40,740 nucleotides of DNA from a virus (Duplodnaviria; Caudoviricetes), in the IMG/VR virus record IMGVR_UViG_3300031965_000074, positions 1 through 40,740 of that record; one strand, given 5' to 3'. Positions within the stretch are counted from its first letter, which is position 1. Each line of letters starts with the position of its first letter. Below, one piece after another: positions 26,978-34,385 of this stretch. The position numbers and the translations under genes were made by a program. The notes beneath the pieces are model-generated. The model ran no database searches and was not told the DNA's origin. It saw only the letters and a program-made list of their open reading frames with translations.

Positions 26978-27631
26978 TCAGTACTCCAGGCAAGAGTTGA
27001 TTAGGCATTTCGTGGACGGATAGTAGCCAGGCGCGAAGTGGCCGTGATAGTCGATGATGTTCACCATGATGGCGCGCAACAGCACGCTGGGCTCGTCGTC
27101 GTAGTGGTTCGACCAGGTGCAGGCCTCGATGGCGTCACGTATCCAGTCCGCGTCGCCGTCGCCGTCGTCCAAGGCATCTTGCAAGTCGCTCGCGTTGTAA
27201 GACTCGCCGATGCTGGACAAGCCAGAACTCTCGGGCGCGTAGACTACGCTGCCCTCGAACGCAGCTTCCATGAGTGACAGCTGCTTGTCGCTGAACCATT
27301 GCGACAGGTATTTCCGCTGCGAACGGAAGTCGTTCAAGCAGCCGGACATTTCGCCCATGGTTAGCTGGTCGCAGCGTTCCACGGCGGCAGCGAATACGCC
27401 ACCGATTGCGCAGACATAGCACACCGGCGCTTCTTTCAGGACTTCCTGTAGTTGCTTGTCCTCCGGAATGGGCTTGTAGTATTCGTCGTCGCCCAGCCGC
27501 AGATACGTCTGCTGTTCGGCTACGTAGTGCCGGCTATTCAGATGGCCCAGCACGTCCTTCGCAATGATTACTCGTTGCCGCGGGCTCGGCAGCGCGTTGA
27601 ACTCTTCGATTGATAGCGGTTTCTTGGTCAT
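26978..27631 (-). CDS. 'RVxIAxD-CxxC-AFE' family, paralogue C
   Basis: RVIIAKDV, CYVCAIG, FSDKQLSLMEAAFE, IMVNIIDYHGHF. Confidence 0.75.
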   Translation of the reverse strand: MTKKPLSIEEFNALPSPRQRVIIAKDVLGHLNSRHYVAEQQTYLRLGDDEYYKPIPEDKQLQEVLKEAPVCYVCAIGGVFAAAVERCDQLTMGEMSGCLNDFRSQRKYLSQWFSDKQLSLMEAAFEGSVVYAPESSGLSSIGESYNASDLQDALDDGDGDADWIRDAIEACTWSNHYDDEPSVLLRAIMVNIIDYHGHFAPGYYPSTKCLINSCLEY

Positions 27632-28299
27632 GGGATATCCTCCGTTAGGGTTAATGCCTCGGCGATGATTCGGTCCATCGAAGGCGGAAACTGCTGCGGG
27701 TAGAACCGTCCGCTGTTATCGATGATATTCAGCATGATAGCCCGCATGAGCGCACCGGGCGCATCACGGAACCTGGGCTTCCATTGTTCGCAAGCGGTCA
27801 GCGCATCCTGGAGCCACAAACGCTCGACAACGGGGTACGCCATTGTATCAGCATCGATGCCGACCAAGTTACGCAGGTCATGAACGTTCAGCGAACTGTA
27901 GCGCTTGGTTAGCTCGAAGCTACCCGGCAGATGGACCACGCGCCCCTCGAAGGCAGTCTCGATAAGTCGCAGCTGCGATTCGTTGAAGTATGGTCGCAGA
28001 TAGTCCATCTGCATTAGGGAATCGCCCAAGTCGAAGCCTATCTCGCCCATGGTAAGCGCATTGCAGCGCTCCACGGTAGCGGCGAATATACCGCTGATTG
28101 CGCACAGTCTGCACTTCCGTGCGCGCAGTACCTCCTGGACTTGAGTCTCATCTTCAGGCTTAGGCCCGGCGCCATCCGTGTGTATGTACATCTCGTGCCG
28201 CGCAATGAAGTGTCCCGAGTTGAGATGCCGCATCACGTCGCGGGCGATTGCAACCCGTTGTTCGGGCTTTGACAATTTGGTGAATTCGTCGTCGGTCAC
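27628..28299 (-). CDS. 'RVxIAxD-CxxC-AFE' family, paralogue D
   Basis: RVAIARDV, CRLCAIS, FNESQLRLIETAFE, IMLNIIDNSGRF. Confidence 0.75.
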   Translation of the reverse strand: MTDDEFTKLSKPEQRVAIARDVMRHLNSGHFIARHEMYIHTDGAGPKPEDETQVQEVLRARKCRLCAISGIFAATVERCNALTMGEIGFDLGDSLMQMDYLRPYFNESQLRLIETAFEGRVVHLPGSFELTKRYSSLNVHDLRNLVGIDADTMAYPVVERLWLQDALTACEQWKPRFRDAPGALMRAIMLNIIDNSGRFYPQQFPPSMDRIIAEALTLTEDIP

Positions 28300-28505
28300 G
28301 GCTGGTCCTCACTTTCGTCGTCGTCCTCTGGAAGTTCGACATCCTGCCATTCGTCGTCGGGGAACTCGTCGATGTCCATCCAGACGTCGTCGTCCTCGGT
28401 GTCGTCGTCGCCATCTTCAGCGTCGGGTGCAGCCTTCTCAGCAAGCACGCCGAATGCACACCAGCAGCCTGGGTAGCCGCACAGCTTCCCAGTCACGGTG
28501 TCCAC
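28296..28505 (-). CDS. Small highly acidic Cys-containing protein
   Basis: CGYPGCWC followed by a D/E-rich tail. Confidence 0.55.
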   Translation of the reverse strand: MDTVTGKLCGYPGCWCAFGVLAEKAAPDAEDGDDDTEDDDVWMDIDEFPDDEWQDVELPEDDDESEDQP

Positions 28506-28663
28506 TCCAGGTAGGTAATGCCACCAGCCAGTGCCACCGAGACCAGAATGGCCCCAAGCAGCAGCCCAAGCAGCGAGATGACCCGGTGCCAGCTAACGCT
28601 AGCCAGGTCGGTCACGACGAACACGACGTACGCAACGGCGATTAAAGCGGCGAATGCTATCAT
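28493..28663 (-). CDS. Small two-TM membrane protein
   Basis: Two hydrophobic helices; GGAGG RBS; ATGA coupling. Confidence 0.55.
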   Translation of the reverse strand: MIAFAALIAVAYVVFVVTDLASVSWHRVISLLGLLLGAILVSVALAGGITYLEWTP

Positions 28664-29244
28664 GATTTCCTCCATTTGTTCCAAGATTGTAGCCAGTTCG
28701 GGGGTGTACCCGTACCGCCCATGTCGTAGTCCGGGATACGGCTACCGTACGGGCTCCACGGGTCGAATAGCACCGGCTGGTCGCCGGCCATGCCCCAGTT
28801 ACCTGAGTGTGTGTCGGCGGAGTCTATCCGTTCGACAGCGCTACGAAAGTCGTGAGCGCTGCAAGCGCCCACTAGTTGTTCGCCCAGCAGCGAACCGTCG
28901 GACTCGCCCTCGATCCACCACTGGCGCCACGTCTCGTGATACGTCCAAAACCGCTCTTTGTCGGCAGTGTCGTACAGCGGAGTCCAGTAGCCGATGCACG
29001 CATACCCGCTGAAGTATACCAACTGCGGGTACACCACCGGCGCTAGGAACGAGAAGCGGCCATCGTGTAGCCCGGACGTAATGGCTCGTCGCATGCGGTC
29101 ACCGCGGGTTAGCTTCAGGACATGCCTTTCGCCCTGGGTTATCCATGCGCCCATGTCGGCGCCCGAGTCTAGCTGCCGCGCCGGACGCAAGTCTTCGGGC
29201 ATATGCGGCCAGTCCGCGGCGACGACATGTTGCAGCGCCAGCAT
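28660..29244 (-). CDS. Protein kinase-like protein (T7 gp0.7 kinase domain-like)
   Basis: Gly loop LDSGADMGAW, VLK lysine, catalytic DTHSGNWG...PVLFDP; TAATG-coupled start at 29244. Confidence 0.7.
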   Translation of the reverse strand: MLALQHVVAADWPHMPEDLRPARQLDSGADMGAWITQGERHVLKLTRGDRMRRAITSGLHDGRFSFLAPVVYPQLVYFSGYACIGYWTPLYDTADKERFWTYHETWRQWWIEGESDGSLLGEQLVGACSAHDFRSAVERIDSADTHSGNWGMAGDQPVLFDPWSPYGSRIPDYDMGGTGTPPNWLQSWNKWRKS

Positions 29245-29744
29245 TACAGTGCCTCCAGGTCGGTCACGTCGCGGTACCACAGCAGCTGCCCAGGTTGCGC
29301 AATGCCGCAAGGCATCGGCTCGGCAAACCAGCGGGCTACGTCGCGCGGCCGGTGCGCGTACACGTACAGGATACTCCAATCTGGTGTGCGACTTGACTTG
29401 AAGCGTCGTACGTGAAACCCGCGGCTTTCAGCTGCATCGCTGGCCTGTTGTAGTGAGCCTTTGACCACTAGGTGGTACTTAAATTTCCCGCGGTGTGGCT
29501 CGCCGGCCTCATGCGCCACCCGGTCCGCGACTGCTCGCTCGTGACCTTTGCGCAAGTCGCGCGCGGTCGTGTACGACGACACGTTGTAGCGAAACGTCGA
29601 AACGTCATGGCAGCAAGCACACTGCGCCTGGATTTCGTGACAGTCCGGCAGGCACAGATAGATGTACAACGTCTGCTTGCATTTCCGGCACGGAGGCCCG
29701 CTATCGGTGCCGTACCGCTCGGGTCCGAATTCTGCATTACCCAT
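29244..29744 (-). CDS. Hypothetical Zn-finger protein
   Basis: CRKC...CAC; AAGGAAGG RBS. Confidence 0.55.
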   Translation of the reverse strand: MGNAEFGPERYGTDSGPPCRKCKQTLYIYLCLPDCHEIQAQCACCHDVSTFRYNVSSYTTARDLRKGHERAVADRVAHEAGEPHRGKFKYHLVVKGSLQQASDAAESRGFHVRRFKSSRTPDWSILYVYAHRPRDVARWFAEPMPCGIAQPGQLLWYRDVTDLEAL

Positions 29745-30363
29745 TGGATGCCTTCCTTTCCGGCGCGTGTATAACCATTTGTGTGAGTTGACGATTTGGC
29801 ACCATCGTTGCGTCCGCCGACCTCGCCGCCGCCGACCACGCCGCCGACCTCGCCGCCGCCCTTGCCGCCGCGGGCCACGCCGCCGCCTCCGCCGCCAACG
29901 CCGCCGCCAACGCCGCCAACGCCGCCGCCAACGCCGCCGCCTCCGCCGCCTCCGACGACCACGCCGCCGCCGCTCTTGCTCTCACGCGTAACGACTCGTC
30001 GCCAGTACGCAACCACTGTAGCACCACCGGTGGTGCATCCCACATATGCGCGACACTAAGCGCTTGTGCCCGGGCGAACCGTCGTAACACTGCGGTTGCG
30101 TCGTAACCCCAGAGCACGGTGCGGCTAGTCGCGACGACCTTATCCTTGTCACGGATAATCGTGCCGCCGAGTCGTACGCGGCAGATGTAAGGGCCGGGCG
30201 CATATTCCAACGCGTCGTAAAGCAGGCGGCTAGCGTGTAGCCCACTGCTACAGAGCACAAGCGGTCCATCGTGTCGTAACTCGACGCCTGGCGCTGGTAG
30301 CGGCTGGCCATCGCGTAGCACGGGCCCAACCGGGCCTATGTTGCAGAAATGCCATGCCATCAT
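29737..30363 (-). CDS. Conserved phage protein with CxxGLHAS motif and Ala-rich repeats
   Basis: LCSSGLHAS..DALEYAPG...DKVVA; AAWSAAR-type repeats. Confidence 0.7.
   Translation of the reverse strand: MMAWHFCNIGPVGPVLRDGQPLPAPGVELRHDGPLVLCSSGLHASRLLYDALEYAPGPYICRVRLGGTIIRDKDKVVATSRTVLWGYDATAVLRRFARAQALSVAHMWDAPPVVLQWLRTGDESLRVRARAAAAWSSEAAEAAALAAALAALAAALAAEAAAWPAAARAAARSAAWSAAARSADATMVPNRQLTQMVIHAPERKASNG
29812..29973. repeat. Coding low-complexity (GCC)n-based tandem repeat
   Basis: GCG GCG (GCG) NNG units on the minus strand encoding poly-Ala with W/S/E/L/R spacers. Confidence 0.85.
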
Positions 30364-30830
30364 GACTCTAGTCTCCTTAGCTGCGCTTGCAACTGCACCA
30401 ATGGCGACGCCGTTGCAGTTGCGCGCTTAGCCTTGCGCCTAGCCGCACGGTTCCGCCGCTTGCGTTCGGCACGACCTGCTGCGGCGAATTCCGCCCGGTC
30501 ATTCTCGCGTGCCACTAGCACCGCCGGGTGCATATTGCACGCCAAACTATGCTCTCGCGTTGCTCCGGTAGCGCTCTGGACACTCCGGTCAACGGCGACT
30601 TGCGCAGTGGTAGCTACGCGCGCGGGATACGAGGTACGGTCCGCCGGTGCTTGGCCCGCTCGCGCTGCATACGCTTCCGGGTAGCGCAATATGCTATCCG
30701 TGCCGGGTATGACCGGCCGGGCCACACTATCCAGGCGCGACCCAGAGCGGGCCCCGTCGGCCGCCCCGGGTAGGTCATGCTCGCGCAAGCCTTGCAAATC
30801 CGTCATTGCCTTGAGTATTGGTTTTCGCAT
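30360..30830 (-). CDS. Hypothetical basic early protein
   Basis: GGAGG RBS; Arg/Ala-rich C-terminus. Confidence 0.55.
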   Translation of the reverse strand: MRKPILKAMTDLQGLREHDLPGAADGARSGSRLDSVARPVIPGTDSILRYPEAYAARAGQAPADRTSYPARVATTAQVAVDRSVQSATGATREHSLACNMHPAVLVARENDRAEFAAAGRAERKRRNRAARRKAKRATATASPLVQLQAQLRRLES

Positions 30831-30891
30831 GGTTACCTCCTACAGTCCAGGCAAGGCCCGAGTTACCTCAGGCCCTACCATGCACGGCAGG

Positions 30892-31203
30892 CTAGCGGCC
30901 GTACATTTTGGCGTAGCGTGCCATCAACGCGCGCCGATACCAGTGGCCGTCCGCGTCTTCGGGCACTGCCACGGTGCCAACTTCGATATCGATGCTCAAC
31001 AGCGTGGCACAAGTGCGGATTTTGCTGCGTTCCTTACGCAGCGCGCGCCGGTCTGCATCGCTGATTTCCGCAGCCACGGCGCGCCTGTTTTCCGGGGTAT
31101 CCGTGACCCCCATGGCTGCTAGGTCGGCGCCGGTGACGTCATGGCGCGTCGCGGCCAGCTGGTCCATAGCGCTATATGGAACAATCGCGTGCTCTTTGCT
31201 CAT
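30892..31203 (-). CDS. Hypothetical early protein
   Basis: AAGGAG RBS before ATG 31203. Confidence 0.6.
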   Translation of the reverse strand: MSKEHAIVPYSAMDQLAATRHDVTGADLAAMGVTDTPENRRAVAAEISDADRRALRKERSKIRTCATLLSIDIEVGTVAVPEDADGHWYRRALMARYAKMYGR

Positions 31204-31293
31204 TGGTGACTCCTTGGTGGTGTGTGGGTGAGCTAGCACCCTGGAGTACGACACTCCAGGACACTATCAGGCCCACACTGGGCCCGGGTACGG

Positions 31294-31479
31294 CTACATA
31301 TCTAGGGCCACGGCGCGATACGACGCCGCACGAGCGGCTAGCTTTCGCCGGGCCGGCGACCCTGGCGGGTGCATTAGGGCCCGTAGGCTATAGTCTAGCC
31401 ATGGTATCTCGGGGTCAACTGGCCCGGAGGGCCAGGGTAGCATTGCGCGCAACGCGCAGAGCGTATCATCCTGGCTCAT
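31294..31479 (-). CDS. Hypothetical early protein
   Basis: ATGA coupling with the upstream ORF. Confidence 0.4.
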   Translation of the reverse strand: MSQDDTLCALRAMLPWPSGPVDPEIPWLDYSLRALMHPPGSPARRKLAARAASYRAVALDM

Positions 31480-31664
31480 GGTTGCACCGCCTCGGCTAGG
31501 GCCACGGCACGCCAGTACAGCGCCGCACTGACCATGTCCAGGTCGCCGTAGTACAGCGCTAGCAGGCTGTAGTGGCACCAGGTGGCGACCGGGTCTGCGT
31601 AGCCCAGGTCCGCTGTGTCCGTCATTAGCGCGTCAATGGCGTCAAGTCGGTCAAATGTGTCCAT
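31476..31664 (-). CDS. Hypothetical protein, first gene of the leftward arm
   Basis: AAGGAG RBS. Confidence 0.55.
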   Translation of the reverse strand: MDTFDRLDAIDALMTDTADLGYADPVATWCHYSLLALYYGDLDMVSAALYWRAVALAEAVQP

Positions 31665-31906
31665 GGCTTCACTCTCCTTGCCGACTGGCCCACCGTGGAC
31701 CGGCCCGGGCAGCTATGATGCTACCCTGGTATCACTATGCCCGAGCCCAGCAAGGGTGTCCAGCAAAATGCGACATGACCTCAGCTACTGGCCCCGGGTT
31801 TAGACCCGCCTGTAGCTAATACCGACCACGGGGCCCGCATAATGGCTTGACATGCCGTCACAGCTGTGAGTTGGGGGCCACAGCCCCCAGTCGCGACGGG
31901 GTGCAT

Positions 31907-31935
31907 ACTGTACCAGCGGCCACGAGGCGTGTCAA
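31907..31935 (-). promoter_or_regulatory. Leftward early sigma70 promoter TTGACA-17-TACAGT (extended -10)
   Basis: Minus strand TTGACA 31935-31930, TGG, TACAGT 31912-31907. Confidence 0.8.
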
Positions 31936-32214
31936 GGCTATTCGCCCGGGGTCAACTGACCCCACAGGCACACTCGGGCGCGGCTGTCAAGCCTATTCGC
32001 TAGGGTCTGCCGTACCCAGCCGCGGGGCCTGGTGACCCTGCGCGACTGTACCCAGCCGTGACCAGGACATTCCTGTCATAGGGCCTCCGGGCCGCAGCTA
32101 TACACTAGGAATATCCTACGCTTAGAGCCGCGACAGCCGCGCCCGGGTACAGGCGACCCCATGTCACGCCAGTCGTGGGGACTCGAGAACCCTAATGATT
32201 TCCCCTATTTACGT

Positions 32215-32230
32215 TGGCACGGCGCGTGCA
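32215..32230 (+). promoter_or_regulatory. Possible sigma54 (-24/-12) promoter
   Basis: TGGCAC-GGCGC-GTGCA, GG-N10-GC spacing, intergenic, AT-rich upstream. Confidence 0.45.
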
Positions 32231-32563
32231 CAGCGTCGTAGCATAGAAGGTACATTTTCAAGACCGCCGGCTAAGTGGGGCCGCCACAGTGGCGCACTGC
32301 TAAGTAGGCAATCCCTGGCTAACCGCCGCCCGGGCTACGGCTCTGCGGTTGGTTGGGCGGCGGTCGCCACGCAACCAATATCAGGTATGTAGGCTAGTAA
32401 CCGTTTGTTCACGATTTGTCCTACACCGGCGCACATGTGCGGCAGCCGCGACCGGGCTGGGCGGGCCGTCGCAGCTAAGTGCGCGATTGCTGGCTAACTG
32501 GGCTATACTACTAGCGGCAGCCGGTTGTCATTTAGTAAATGATACGGGCCTAGAAATTACAGC

Positions 32564-32634
32564 TTGACACCAGGCCGCGGCAGTGGTATAGTATATGTTA
32601 CACTGTAGGGCGGCTTGGGCGGGTTAAGCTAGTA
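32564..32634 (+). promoter_or_regulatory. Sigma70 promoter (TTGACA-17-TATAGT, extended -10) plus conserved G-rich leader, copy 3; drives the packaging/structural operon
   Basis: TTGACA 32564-32569, TATAGT 32587-32592, then ATATGTTACACTGTAGGGCGGCTTGGGCGGGTTAAGCTAGTA. Confidence 0.85.
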
Positions 32635-32946
32635 TTCCTATATACAGCTGCTACTAGTCCGCCGCCGATTAGTCGCAAGTTAGCACATGCTGCCGCCGCG
32701 GCTAAGTCGCACAAAAATGAATAAATCGCCATTTGTGTCCGTTTTGACACGGTCCGGCCGCCGTCTAAACCCGTAGCGATGTCGCCCAGTTGTGAAATAG
32801 TTCATTTTTCCGTGAATACACTCCTGGGCTCGTACGTCTAACCTTTCTCTGCTCGCTACGCTCGCATGCTCGGCGCTTCGCACCTCGCGGTTGGTTTTCG
32901 GGTTCGGACACAGCAAGCCGCTGCCAAGCGGCTTAAGGATAGCTCC

Positions 32947-33360
32947 ATGACCAGACAGCTCACCTGTATCGTCGGCATGCCCCGCAGCGGCAAGACCACC
33001 CTGGCAGCTAAGCTAGCCGCCGACAGCGGTGCCACGGTCATCCATAGTGATGACTACCTGCATCTGCCGTGGCGCGTCATTCCCGGCGCGCTGCTACGAG
33101 CCCTCAGCGGCGCCAAGGGCGACGTTATCCTGGAGGGCATCCATGTGGCCCGGCTACTAGGAAAACCCCCGCTACGGGGCGCAAGCGTCATCCTGTGCCA
33201 CTCTACGCCAGCCTTGGTCAGGCAGTACCGCTCGCTGAGCTGGGTACTCGACAAGGTCGGCGAATATGCCACCCGCCACGCGGTGCGGCAGTACGACTAC
33301 CGGAAGGAATCATCGCATGAGGGAATTCCTGGAAGTACCCGACAAGCTGAAGCGACTTAG
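32947..33360 (+). CDS. Small P-loop NTPase / nucleotide kinase-like protein
   Basis: IVGMPRSGKTT, VIHSDD, VILEG; start reassigned to ATG 32947. Confidence 0.75.
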   Translation: MTRQLTCIVGMPRSGKTTLAAKLAADSGATVIHSDDYLHLPWRVIPGALLRALSGAKGDVILEGIHVARLLGKPPLRGASVILCHSTPALVRQYRSLSWVLDKVGEYATRHAVRQYDYRKESSHEGIPGSTRQAEAT

Positions 33361-33712
33361 CGACGACGTAGACGAAGCCCGGGCCGTGGCGCACGCCGAG
33401 TTCGAACAGTACCGGCGCGAGGGCAAGACTGGCCTGCCGCGCGGATATTCAATGGCGCTTAAGGACCTTGCGACGGCGACCAAGTCCCTTGCGTCCGAGA
33501 TGCGGGCCTGGGCGGGTCATGTCAAGTCCAGCATGGACAAGATGACCGACGCCCAGAAAGCACGTATCTTCTTGCAGTTCATCCAAGGCTTGCCGCTGTC
33601 GCCGCGGCGCGACATGTACATCGTGCTAGCCCGGGCTGAGAACGAGCGGCCAGACGGGCTTGGCCTGTACATGGAAGACAAGTTCGACCCAGACCGCAAG
33701 GTGGAGCTATGA
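33317..33712 (+). CDS. Putative terminase small subunit / hypothetical helical protein
   Basis: AAGGA RBS before ATG 33317; size and position upstream of TerL only. Confidence 0.4.
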   Translation: MREFLEVPDKLKRLSDDVDEARAVAHAEFEQYRREGKTGLPRGYSMALKDLATATKSLASEMRAWAGHVKSSMDKMTDAQKARIFLQFIQGLPLSPRRDMYIVLARAENERPDGLGLYMEDKFDPDRKVEL

Positions 33713-34140
33713 AGCTAAAATTCAAGCGGCTAGCGGCACCGGACCTGATGCCTGAGTATATCAAGGTCAGCTGGCTGAACAGCTACCGGAAGTCGCGCTT
33801 CGCTGGCGTGGTGCCGAATAACCTGTACTCCGTCGTGTATACCGAGGCCCTGCGGCAGCTCTGGCTGCGCGGGGCTGAGCTGTTTATGCTCGTGAATGCC
33901 GACTTCGAGCAGCAAGTCGTGGCCTGGGCCGTGGTCGAGCGCACCAGCGATGGCAAGCCCGTCGTGCATTATGCGATGACCAAGCCGAACAGCCGGCGCA
34001 AGGGCTATATCCGGCAGCTGCTAGCCTACGCTGGCGTGGACCATAAGCAGCCGTTTTACTACACGTTCAAGACCGGGGCAAGCCGTTACTTCCCCGCCGG
34101 CCGGTACGTGCCCGAGATTGCACGCCGCGCCGTAGCCTAG
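33709..34140 (+). CDS. GNAT-fold acetyltransferase-like protein
   Basis: VVAWAV...VHYAMTKPNSRRKGYIRQLL resembles GNAT motif A. Confidence 0.6.
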   Translation: MKLKFKRLAAPDLMPEYIKVSWLNSYRKSRFAGVVPNNLYSVVYTEALRQLWLRGAELFMLVNADFEQQVVAWAVVERTSDGKPVVHYAMTKPNSRRKGYIRQLLAYAGVDHKQPFYYTFKTGASRYFPAGRYVPEIARRAVA

Positions 34141-34148
34141 GAGCAAGC

Positions 34149-34385
34149 ATGCGCTATACAGTCAAGAATATCTGGTTCAACCAGGCACTGCCCATGAAGG
34201 TAGCCGGCCAGTTTGGCCCCACGGTACTTATGGACCTGACGCCGCATAAGCAATGGCGCGCGGTGTTCGACGCCGACCAGGGCTTCGTGAAGCTGACCAT
34301 CCAGGGCAGCACGCCGTATATCTTGCCGCTCAGCGAGGTCCGGCTCATGCAGCTGGACTCGGCTACGCCTAAAGCCGACGACTAG
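34149..34385 (+). CDS. Hypothetical protein
   Basis: AGGAG RBS; coupled to TerL. Confidence 0.6.
   Translation: MRYTVKNIWFNQALPMKVAGQFGPTVLMDLTPHKQWRAVFDADQGFVKLTIQGSTPYILPLSEVRLMQLDSATPKADD

Noticed and set aside
29797-29812. Perfect sigma54-like TGGCAC-N5-TTGC on the + strand
   Set aside because: Inside and antisense to a CDS with no downstream + strand gene; may be chance
29812-29973. Repeat as a CRISPR array or DGR variable region
   Set aside because: No repeat-spacer periodicity, no template/variable repeat pair and no reverse transcriptase
29468-30059. Poly-Gly (minus strand) and poly-Pro (plus strand) ORFs
   Set aside because: Alternative frames of the (GCC)n repeat; the Ala-rich frame has the conserved domain and is coupled to its neighbours
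31847-31990. Extra TTGACA hexamers at 31847(+) and 31990(-) as promoters
   Set aside because: No acceptable -10 at 16-18 bp; treated as repeat elements instead
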